Part shown: one piece after another, positions 52,795 to 64,000 of the stretch | Numbering within the stretch: the stretch's first letter is position 1 | Layout: the number at the start of each line of letters is the position of its first letter | Origin: Callorhinchus milii | Lineage: Eukaryota | NCBI RefSeq assembly: GCF_018977255.1 | Contig: NW_024704743.1 | Span: forward strand, 36,582,001 to 36,646,000 | DNA: 64,000 nucleotides | Direction: 5' to 3' | Translations under genes and position numbers: made by a program | The notes under the pieces: generated by a model | Database searches by the model: none | What the model saw: only the letters and a program-made list of their open reading frames with translations | What the model was told of the DNA's origin: nothing

Positions 52795-53655
52795 ACAACA
52801 ACAAATTGCATTTTGCATAGGGTCTTTCATGTTGGGTGATCGTTCCAAGACAGTGAGGGATTTCCACCTGAGCTGCGGGTTGAGATTAGAAAGGGGTGGA
52901 GGGCATGGTGAATGGTGGAGGGAAGATATCTAAAGGCACAATCAAAAAGAAAAGTCTTAAGATGGGCCTTGAAGGAGTCAAAGGATGGGGCGAGGTGGAG
53001 AAGCTTTGGGATGGAGTTCCAGGGGTTGGGGGTGGAAAGGCTGAATGTGTGACTGCCGAGAGTAGAGTAGCAGGGCGGGAGACATGGAACAGACCATTGA
53101 GGAAGGAGCAGACAGGTTGGGGAAGCTCTCATAGGTTGCAGAGGTAAGCTGGAGCAAGACCGTGGAGTGCTTTAAAGATGAGGTCAAGGATTTTAAACTT
53201 GATCTTCTGGGGAATAGAGAACCAGCTGGACAAGGATGGGGGTGATCGGGCCACAAAGCTAGTTTCATAGGTTTAATAACAACAAACTGCAATTATATAG
53301 TGCCTTGCACATTGGGAGAATGCCCAAGGTGCTGGACAGGGTTTGCAACTGAGCTGGGGTTGTATTTGGGAGGATGGTGGGCCAAGACAATGGGTGTAGG
53401 GAGTTAAGATGACCGAAGGCATGGTCTAAGAGGGAGTTCTTCAGACAGATTTCGAAGGAGGGAAGGAGTGAGACAAAGGGACTCCGGGATGGAGTTCCAG
53501 AATGTGGGGGCAGATAGGCTAAAATCCCAACCACCAATTGTAGGGCAACCAGGGCAGAGGGACATGAAGCAGGCCAGTGCCTGCTAAGTGGAGGGAGCAG
53601 GCAGTAGGCTTCAAGAAAGTTGAGAGAGGGTGGGGCAAGACTGTTCACAGTGTGC
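52795..53655 (-). mobile_element. Two adjacent older L2 3' fragments
   Basis: Two (caa)n-type tails at about 52795 and 53280, each followed by gatggagttccag motifs. Confidence 0.75.
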
Positions 53656-55062
53656 ACCAGCCACCTGTGTTAAGCTATTCCAGCACGGTCACCTTGTATT
53701 AAAATGAGCCAGATATGCAACAGAATGTTTAAATTCCAGGATAAATGGAATTGAGGACTAAAATAAATTATGTTCATTCTGCAAGAACACCTTTTATCAC
53801 TTCTTGGGGATTCAATAGGTAAAATGTAAAGGTGTTTCATGTAACATTTCACTGTGCAAGAGACACAAGCCCATACTTAAGGTGCCTACAACAGTATTTG
53901 TTGAAAGTGAAATAGGTTTTGTTTTCAATCTGCTTTTTCCTTTTAGTTGAAATTATATTCCAGAAAGTGAAATGAAAATTGAATGAGGTGTAGGCTAATT
54001 TAATGCTTCATCTGAACCTGATTCCATTCAAAGCATTCCGCATTAAAGTAAACTATGACTTTGACATGATCTGTCTTGGAAATGAAGTGTTTAATTTGGT
54101 TACTGAATCTGTAATTAAGTGTCTCTCCACTGCTTCCTGGTCATTTTTTCCAGATTTGATAATGTCAAAGGATGTATGTAATTTATTATCAGATTCTATT
54201 GCTTGTGAAAAAAAATTAGTTCAGAATGTATTCTGCTTTATGATAATGAAAAACTGAATAATTCTGTCAAGTAAAATAATCCTTACAAGCAGTGCAACCC
54301 AGTAACTCGAGTGCAATGCATTGTATTCTCAAATAGAAGGCTACAAGTTTGAATCCAATCCTGTGTCCTTTGAGCTTCACATGCTGGGATATCGATGTCA
54401 GAACTGACAGAGTAATCAACCTCATCAGCATACCTTCAGGATTCACTAGTTACAAGTCAACTTTGATTCCGGCAAATTACACCACACTACAATGGTGCCT
54501 TGTTATAACGCAGTAGTTGAATCCATAAAATCTCAACTCACACTATAATGAGGGGTGATAACTGGTTTTACTGGACATGGTGATTGTACTGCAAGCCTGA
54601 GTTTGCTGAGCAGAAGGGACCACTAGTGGAGTTGGGTAGAAGAAGATTAGAGAAATGAGGACATGGAGGGAATTATAGGTGAGTTTGAGGACCTTAAAAT
54701 AGTTCCAGTGGGAGACAGGGAGTCAATGGAGAATGGTGGGGACTGGGATGATGACTGTATGGAATTTGTGTGGGTGAGGATGCATGTGGTAAAGTTTTGC
54801 ATGAGTCTGAGCTTATGAATGATGGAACTCGGGAGACCAGTAAGGAATGTATTGAATAACTTTAAGTTGAGGTAAGAAAGGAATGAATAAGTGTTTCAGC
54901 GTTATTGGGTATGAGATCGAGGCGAAGATAAAGGAAAATGGTCTCCGTCAGGGTCCAGATGTGAGGGTAATGTGATATAAAACATGTCAATTTACTTAAT
55001 AAAGACTCCAAGTCACAAATTGGAACGCCTTCCAGTGACTAGACGTTTGTTACAATCCCATA

Positions 55063-55500
55063 CAACAACAACAACAAGATTCCATTTATAGAGTGCCTTT
55101 CAAGTCGGGAGGACGTCCCAAGGCGCTGTACAGTTGGGTCGGGACCCGAGCAGGGGGGAAGTGGTCAGGGTGAGGGGAGGGAAGGGAGGGAGCGAGGAGG
55201 GGGTAGAGAGTCGAGAGGGGAGCTGAAGGCACGGTCAAAGAGAAAGGTCTTGAGACCGGCCTTGAAGGAGGAAAGGGAGGAGGCGGCGAAGGCACTGGAG
55301 GATGGAGTTCCAGAGCCTCGGGGCTGAGAGGCTGAAGGCCCGGCCACCGATGATAGGGCGGTTGGGGCGGGGGATGTGGAGCAGACCGGAGCCAGAGGAA
55401 CGGAGGGTATGGGCAGGTAAGTAGGGGGATAGTAGGTTGGAGAGGTAGGAGCGGGCAAGGCCATGAATGGCCTTGTAGGTGAGGATGAGGATCTTGAATT
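55063..55500 (-). mobile_element. L2 LINE 3' end, near-identical to 39880-40322 in inverted orientation
   Basis: ORF translations 55086..55295 and 40093..40302 are almost identical. Confidence 0.92.
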
Positions 55501-56474
55501 CATAGGATTAACCTCTGCAAATAATCATTTCAGAGCAGAGTTTCCAAAGTTTGGTGTGACACCAATTAATAATTTTGTAATTTTGATTCCCATATGCTAA
55601 GTGGGATTGACAAACGATAAGTGGGATTTTTGTTTCTATCATGGTAGTGTTTGTAAATCCTGTACTCAATCTGAAAGTAAATGCTGAGAACTGGTTAATT
55701 ACTGTTACAAATGTATATTGGTAAACAGTGAATATATTCCTTAATGTTGAGGGTATTTTATGGATTTTTTTTGAAAAAGTGAAAGTAATGCACACTTTAT
55801 GTTCCAATTACTATTCTAAGCAGAATACATTGCCACTAAATAAGAAATGATACAGCAAATTGCACAATACAAAACTGCCACATCTATTTCCCTTGACCAA
55901 TTTCTCTGCCTTTCGAAGCAATTCTGTTCTAATCCATTCATTATTGTGCATTGTGTTTGTTTCCTGAAGGATGTGAGCAGCAATCCTTCATCATAAAATA
56001 CTATTGTTACATCTGAGGGTAGAAAACAATTGAAATCATCAATCAGTGGACTTTTTATAGAATAATAGGAAGGATTACAGTAGGAATTACAGTCCTTCCA
56101 TCAGTAGGAAGGATTACAGGGCAGGAGAACAATGAAGAGTATGGCTGATATAAACTGAGAGCAAAGCCGTTGACTTCTTCCTACTTTTTTTCTGATTCAA
56201 ACAACTTTTACATAACCTGCTTGCCATTTCATTGTGAAATTGTGGCCCTAGTGACTCCAAATTATAAGCATTGTGATCAGAAGTAAGGGCAAGTTAAACA
56301 GCCTCATGACTGAGAATAAGAAGTGGATTCTCATGTTTGATAAGGCATTGTACTCCAAATGGGTTTCTATGATCTCTTGTGCCAAGCGAGAAGCTTGAGC
56401 AGTTAGCAAATGTCAAGTAGACCTAAAGAATGTCACACTTTGGAACATTCTACAGTCAGAAAGTTAAAACCATA

Positions 56475-57690
56475 ACAACTTGTATTTATATAGCGCCCTT
56501 CACATAGGGTAGTGTCTCAGAGCGCTTGACAGTGGCGTAGCATGTTGCCAAGCCGGGGGGAGGTGACCGTAGGGACAGTTGAAAAGGAAAGTCTTCAGGT
56601 GCGACTGCAGATGGGGAAGGAAGGGGCAAGGCGGAGGGATAGAGGAAGAGTGTTTCAGAGTTTTGGGGCGTAGTGGCTGAAATTGCAGCCACTGATGGTG
56701 GAATGGAGGGCACGAGGAACATGCAGGAGGCTGGAGGCAGCGGGTAGTTGGTTGGCGCATAAGCAGGTGGGAGAGGTAGGGAGGATTTGAATGTGAAGAT
56801 ATTGAAATCAATCTGTTCAGCGATAGGGAGCCAGTGAAGCCATGACTAGAACTGGTGTGATGGCAGTACGGCATTTAGTATGGGTCAATATGCAGGAGGC
56901 GGAGTTTTGGATCAGTTGGACCTTGTGAATGGTGGAGCTTGGAAAACCGGCAAAGACGGTATTTGAATAGTCGAGGCGTGCGGTGACGAAAGCGTAGACG
57001 AGTGTTTCGGCTGCATCAAGGGTGAGGTAGGGTCAGGGCTGGGCAATGTGGCGGAGGCGCAGGAAGGTGGTCTTGGTCAGGGACTGGATGTGGGGAAGGA
57101 TTACCTGTGGGTCGAACCTGCCTAGGTTGTGCACCGGTTCGTTGATCTGAGGGATAGGCCGGAGAGGTTGAGGAGGTCAGAGCTGAAGGACAGAAGAAGT
57201 TGATGGGAGATAAGGAATATGGCTTCCATCTTGTTGACGTTTAGTTGCAAGAAGTTTGCGCTCATCCAGGTCTTGATGTCTGCCAGACAAGCTGACAGAA
57301 CATTGGCGGACCTGGGGTCAGAGCTGGAGGAGAAGAAGTGTGTAATTCGCATACACGTGGAAGTTGACCCTGTGTTTGCGGATGACATCGCCAAATGCGA
57401 GTGTATAGATGAGGAAGAGCAGGGGGCCAACGATGGAGAGTGAGGGAACTCCATAGGTGACAAGGCAAGGGTGGGAGGAGAAGCCAAAGTGAAGGCGGTT
57501 TGTTAGGTAGGACTCGAACCAGTGCGGTCTCAATCAGATCGATGAGGGAGGAGAGGCTTGTCATGATCGACCTTGTCGAACGAGGCAGCGGGGTCTCGGA
57601 GAATGAGGAGGTAGAGGGAACCCTGGTCACAGAGAGTGAGGACATTGTTTGTGATCTTAACAAGCGCCATCTCTGTGCTGTGGGCAGGGT
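56475..57690 (-). mobile_element. Older L2 subfamily copy
   Basis: HSTEMALVKITNN and DIKTWMSANFLQLNVNK fragments. Confidence 0.88.
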
Positions 57691-59982
57691 GAATCAGCTG
57701 GATCAGATGGCAAATGTTTGCATTACATAACCACATAATTATGACTCTTAACCAGGTTTAGAATAAGTTACACTGATGGGAAGAAAGTGAATTAACTTAT
57801 TTTTTTTAAAATTGCTGCTTTACTATGGAACAAATAATTGTGTGTATGGTCACAATGTTGAAGTAGCTCAGCACTGAGGTCTCCTGTGAATTGAGATGTG
57901 ATGTCTATCTGAATTCTGGAATAGTTTAGTAACAGCGTAATGGCTCCTGTCCAAAGGCCCTGAAACCATTTCTCTACTGAGAATAGGAAAACAGAAACAG
58001 GAGGAGGCCATTCAGCCCAAGCTTGTTCCACCAGTTTATTAAATCTTGGTAAACAATTATAATCCCAATCCCGCCCTTTCGTCATATTGCTTAACCCTTC
58101 CACTACCCAAGTATCTGTCTATCTTCCTTTTAACCATCCTTATTGATTCCACCTCTATAACTTTCTGGGGAAGAGCATTTCACATTTCCACACAACCTCT
58201 GTGTGAAGAAATTCTTTGTGACGTGACAAGGCATTATAGGAAATACTTTTGAAGGATTATTATGATTTTAATGATTTATGAACTTGAACCCCCTAGATCT
58301 CTGCTCACCTACCCCTTTAGATCTATTTTTCTGAAATTAATGATCTTCTGCTCTTTGTAATAAAATTCAATCCAGCTTGATTACTTTGTACACAATTCTC
58401 CCTTGTGTTTTAAACTCATTTGCATTGTACATTATTTGTACTAAGTACTTGTACTTGGATATTGAATCAAAATCAGAGATTAGTGAAATGTATTTAGTAA
58501 TGACCAGCTCTGCAGCCAAGCTAACTACTCAAGGTATCCAGATTGAAATACATTTCTGGAGGTTATTAATAACACTTCTATTTGTAGAGCATTTTGGAAT
58601 ACAGTTCTAAAAAATGAGTTGACTGGGATTATTCTGCTGCTGACTAGAAGTAAACTTGACAACACTGTAAATTACTTGTGTGAGGATCTGTAAAGATGAA
58701 TGAATCCCTCCAGGGTTGGCTTCAGGAAGATGTCAATTTTCAAAGCTTTTTCTATCTTGGAGAAACATTTAGTCAAAAAAAAGAGCGGAATATGATGCAT
58801 GCAACATCTCTAATTTTATGTTGGATTTTATGTGGCTTAATTGGTTATTCCAACCACTTCATAGATACTTTTATTTCTGTGAAATGTCTTTCTTGAGGCC
58901 TAAGACAAAGAATAAGATTGTGTGTTATAAAATTAGTCACTGATCAAAATTCTATTGTAATAATAATAATAATAATCCTTGCATTTGATATAGCTCCTTA
59001 TCGCATCTTCAAGACATCTCAAAGTGCTTCACAGAATACACTGTAAAGTGTAGTGACTATATATTTTGGGGGCGAAATGTGGCAGCCAATTGAGAACAGT
59101 AGTGTCCCACAAACAGTCGTGGATTGAAGTGACCAATTTTTTTTTGAAGGCATTTTAACAGCATAAAGGTAGATATTTTTAGCAAGGAATGTGGGTTAGA
59201 ACACACCCACCCCTTTGAGGATCAGAAAATAATGTATCCATACACCTACATTAAAAACTTTTCATTGACAAGATCTGTAAAAGTTAATCTGAAAATCTAT
59301 GAAATTAGCAACTAAGCAGAGAAGTGTATCTATGAACAAATAATTATACTAATATTCTGCTTCATGGTTCCAAACTAGACAATATTCAGGACCAAAACAA
59401 TTATTGTATTTGTGATAATAAGGCAAAGTGTCTGCAGGGAGGTAGGGCTCCAACATTGACCTGTTATTGATGCAGAGGTGGCTTCACATAAGACTTTCTT
59501 TCCACCAAGGCCAAGGACTTTGATTAAGCAGTTGCTGTTGAGTAAACCTAGTACATAACAATGGACTTGGACCTTTATAACATCGAGAAGGCTGAGAAAG
59601 ACAATTTGTTCTGTGTAGTTACTCCCACCAAGCTAAAGACGGCTAAAGAAACTTTGAGATAATGGCAGCTGGAAGGTGTTACCTGGAGTCCAGGTTTGGG
59701 ATCAACTGCTGCTGAAACTTTGTACCTCTAACTGGTGGAATCACCACTCAACAGGGAGGGGATGCGTGTCCGAGCCATGGGCAGGAGACTGGTGGCAGTA
59801 CTCTTACCCATTTCATGTTGAGTATGTTACTCATCAAGAGGTTTGCAATGATTTCCTGTTACCTGCTCTGCACATAGTGAGGGTTCAAGCATGCTCATAT
59901 ATAATGACTTAGTAGCAATCTTTCTTGGAAAATAAAAGGGGTCTCCTTGGGTCTGAGGTGGATTTAAGGTAATTCAATCAAC

Positions 59983-61353
59983 TCCGCGCACACCTCTCCT
60001 CCCACTCCTTCTTCGAACCCCTCCGCTCCGATTTCCACCCTGCCCACAATACAAAGACTGCTCTTGTGAAAGTCTCAAATGACATCCTCTCTATCTGTGA
60101 CCAGGGCTCCCTCTGCCTCCTTGTCCTCCTGGACTTCTCCACTGCTTTTGATACAGTCGATCACTCCATCCTCCTCCACCGCCTTTCCTCTGTCATCCAC
60201 CTCAGTGGCACCACACTCGCCTGGTTCGAGTCCTACCTCATGAACCACCAGCAGTACATCTGCACAAACAGCTTTTCCTCCCATTCTCACCTGGTTGCCT
60301 GCGGGGTCCCCCAAGGATCCATCCTTGGCCCCCTCCTCTTTCTGATCTATATGCTCCCTCTTGGGGATGTCACCCGCAGATACGGGGTACACTTCCACAT
60401 GTTTGCAGACAATACACAACTCTATTTTTCCACTTCACTTTGTGACCCCCAGTCCCCTGATGTTCTATCAACCTGCCTGTCAGACATCAGGAGCTGGATG
60501 AGCGCGAATTTCCTTCAGCTGAACGTTGACAAGACAGAAGCCATACTCTTTGGCTCTCATCAACATCTAAAATCACATGGTTCGCACCTCCTCCACCTAC
60601 CTGACCTCCCCCTAAAACTCTCCTAACCCGTACGCAACCTAGGCGTCAGGTTCGACCCCCAATTATCCTTCCTCCCCCACATTCTCTCCCTCACCAGCAC
60701 CGCTTTCTTCCACCTCCGATGCATCGCCCGCCTCTGCTAATACATCACTCCAAAAGCCACTGAAACCCTGGTCTTTGCCTTTGTCACCTCTCGGCTGGAC
60801 TATTCAAATGCCTCCTCGCCAGCCTCCCCTCCACTACCGTCCATAAAATCCAGGTCATCCAAAACTCTGCAGCCCGCATTCTCACCCCCACCAAACTGCT
60901 CCCCGATTATCCCAGTCCTTGTCAGACTGCACTGGCTGCCTGTCCCAGAGAAGATCGACTTCAAGCTCCTCACTCTTGTCTTCAAATCCCTCCACTCCTC
61001 TGCACCCCCCTACCCCTCTGACCTCCTCTCTCCTCAAAACAGTGACCATTGCCTTCGCTCCACTGGGTCTGGCCTCTCCACTGGGACTCCTTGTCCCCCG
61101 AGTCCTTCGCTCCACCATTGGCAACCGTGCCTTCAGCCACTACCGAGGCTCTGGAACTCCCTTCCTCACTCCCTTTGCCTCGCCCCCTCACTTCCTATTT
61201 TCAGGTCTCTGCCGAAGACCTTTCTTTTCGACCGCACCTTTGGTCATCTTCCTCCCCCTTCCCCTGGCTCGGCCCCAGGATCTGTTACTGGGAAGCGCTA
61301 TGAGATGCCATCTGGCATGGAGGGCACTATATAAATCCAAGTTGTTGTTGTTG
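59983..61353 (+). mobile_element. Older L2 subfamily copy
   Basis: ORF 60066..60626 LLDFSTAFDTVDH...GVPQGSILGP...FADN...WMSANFLQLN; ttg tail. Confidence 0.92.
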
Positions 61354-61727
61354 TAATGTGCCTCAGAATTGAGTTGATCTGTAGTGACCTTCGTAATCCG
61401 GTTCCTGAGCCAGACAGGTCTACAATTCTCCAAGGCACTATTGTTGATAAACCAACTAGCTTGGCTTGGCATTTAGAACACTGCCTGGCAAGCTTCTGCT
61501 GCTTGTCTAGTTTATCGTCCACGATAAGTATTGTGGCTTTAGCTTCCAGGGTTAACAAGAGTTCATTGGGAAGAATCCCTGATTCCAGTCTGTCCCTCCA
61601 AGTCCTGCCGATAGGCCAGGCTGGCTGGGCTGCCATCAGCAATGTCTTGCAGAACTGTGGATCCACCTGACTTAGGAATCATACTACTGAGACCGTCATA
61701 TAGGATTGACTCGATTCTGACGTATTA
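61353..61727. mobile_element. Unclassified fold-back (long inverted arm) repeat; related pieces at about 3795-3990, 6703-6930, 8360-8560 and 41920-42130
   Basis: Imperfect arms at about 61353-61470 and 61615-61727. Shared motifs across copies include ccggttcctgagccag and gggaagaatcc...ccaagtcc. Confidence 0.65.
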
Positions 61728-63299
61728 CGTATAGGATAATGTAAAGCGAGAATGTTCCTTCCTCCACTCTACCCCATACCCTATCAGTGACATTGCCAGT
61801 TTGGTAGCAATTTGCAGCACAGTGCCTTGCTTTCCAGGAACTTGGTTGAGACTGTGCAAGCTGATTTTGAGCTGCATTCTGACAGACAACTCATTTGACC
61901 CAAAAGACAAAAGATTTGCGTGCTAAGTGACTGTGCAACCAGATCCCAGAAGTATGCAATGTTGTTAGCCATTGAACACCCGAATGCAAGACAGAAACAA
62001 AGGAGTGAGTGACCTCCAAAGGTAGATTGTATCTAATGTCATTATCAGCATTGTTTTGATTTAAAGATGTGTCTTTATCTCATCCAATTTGCAAAAAAAA
62101 ATCCTTCCATTTTGGTCCTCATTGGACAAGTAAAACCTAGAGCAATATGTCGAAACAATATTATATTAGGCCAGAAAGTGCCAACACTGAGACAGCACGG
62201 ACTGAATAATCTTGCATATGTTCTGCCATCATGCTTTTAGATAGGCCGAGCTCCTCAACCTTGCTTCAGGTAGCATATAAATTTAAAAGGATATTTTCTT
62301 TTTCTGTAACTTGGAGGGTGTATTTTAAACAGAAAGTTCTCCCCTGGGATCCGCTTTATATATAATCGGCTTCATTTATTTTAAAAATAACTAGAAAGAA
62401 AATTTGACATTTCGATAAAATATTCCTTTTAGAATTTATTGTACATGTGAAAAAGTTTCATGCAGCATGACTACTTCTTGAATAAGCTTAGCCTGTTCTG
62501 ATCTTAATGGTACTTAAGCAAATATTTTATAATCAGATTTGGTGGATATGCAAGAATAAATTAAAGATTTCATTAAAACCACTTCAATAGATGTGAATGG
62601 TCTCCCTGTCTGTTTATGAAACTTCCAGTGATTCTGTTGATGTTTAATTAACTGTGAGCCAACTTAAAAAGACTGCAAGTTTCTACCCACATTTCATTTG
62701 GGGTTGGCCTCCAATTGTTTGTAATTAAGATGCCAGATGTTCAGCACAGGCTGAAGGGGCTGAGACATTTTGTGTTAACAGAAAAGTCTTTGAGGTTTGA
62801 AATATATTTTTAAAAAACAACTCGTTGACGTTCACGCTCCTTTTTAAAAAAACTCAATGGAAAATGTTCCTTCTGATTATGCTTTAGATGCACATAACTC
62901 ATTAAGCGATTAAAAGGAGTTCTGCATACAAATGTACATAATAGTACAAGCTCTGGATCGATCTGTAAGCTGTTTGAAGTGCTGCCCATTTTTTTTCTGT
63001 TTCATTTTTTGGAAGCCTTTACTTTGAATATTACTTGTTTAAAGATTGTTTTAATTTGCTGTCAAGAGATTGCTATCTGGGAATTTTGGTGGAACCTCTT
63101 AAATAAAATATGGCACTTTTGAGTCATTCCTTGTGTTGGATGCAAAAATGGAATTGATTTATACAGAAGTAAATTCAAAAACCCTTTACCTTTTCCCTTT
63201 CAATTTTTTTTCTGGGAAATTTAGACCATCAATCAGACCATGCAAACTCTGTTCACACCATTGTACCTTATACTCCAGGTGGCCAACAGTTAAAGGTCC

Positions 63300-64000
63300 T
63301 ATCTCTCCCTTCACTCCTTGCTTAAGTCCCTTCATTCTGGTTTCCATCCTGTCACAGTAGTGACGGCCCTTGTCATAGTCACACTTAATATACTTTCATT
63401 CTGCGGCCAAAGATTCCTGTGTCTCCTGGTCCTCCTCAACCTCCCTCAACCTCCCTGTCTTTCACACTTTCACTCTAACCACCTTGATCACCCTTCAACT
63501 CTCATTCACCTCCATGGAGGTCTACTTTCCTACTTGACAGATCGCTTCTAGGTTATTACCTCCAAAGGCTTTGACTCCCACCCTCGCGTAATTACCTGCA
63601 GGTACCTCAGGGTTCTTATCCTAGGTCTCTGTCCTCGTCTCTCCTTTTCCTCATCTACACATTCCCCTTGGTGACACCATCCATAAACATTAGGCTACTT
63701 TTCCTGTGTTCAATGACACCCAAATTCATCTCTCCCCGATGGACAACATAAATGCTCGGATCGACTCTTTGCTCTCTTTCCTTTGTTGCATTCGGTCGGG
63801 CTTTTCCTTTTGTCCCTCCCCACCACCATGCTTCTTATCTTGGACATCAGCAAGTCCTGGACAATAGCCAACTTAATCCAGCTGAATGTTGGCAAGATAG
63901 AGGCCCTCTTGCTTGTCTCCCATCAGCGCCTCCTCACCTCAGCCGCTGACAGTATCACTATTCATGGTTCGCTCTACATCTCACCAAATCAATAGAGAAC
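63300..64000 (+). mobile_element. Highly decayed L2 RT region running off the window
   Basis: SGFHP...TALV and DISKSWTIANLIQLNVGKIEALL fragments. Confidence 0.75.

Overview
Vertebrate genomic DNA, most likely a cartilaginous fish (inferred from the SINE/LINE content; a holocephalan such as elephant shark is plausible but unconfirmed). The window lies inside the ULK4 (unc-51-like kinase 4, pseudokinase) gene on the + strand. Nine internal coding exons (1587-33792, 874 nt, all AG/GT-bounded with compatible phases) encode the end of the kinase domain, the linker and the start of the ARM/HEAT region. I found no further exon in the last ~30 kb, so this appears to be one large intron. The introns are packed with 5'-truncated L2-clade LINEs, a young tRNA-Ala-derived SINE sharing its 3' stem-loop with the L2, older Deu-domain and AmnSINE2-like SINEs, CR1 remnants, Penelope-type ends and several MITEs. 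I see no prokaryote-type system and no intact autonomous element. The best novel observations are: a decayed tandem duplicate of one ULK4 exon plus its intron; a 42-bp inverted repeat bracketing a 47-nt exon; a two-part templated insertion inside a SINE; an unclassified fold-back repeat family; and a long, apparently ancestral form of the dominant SINE. Family names come from recalled consensus sequences, not from database searches.
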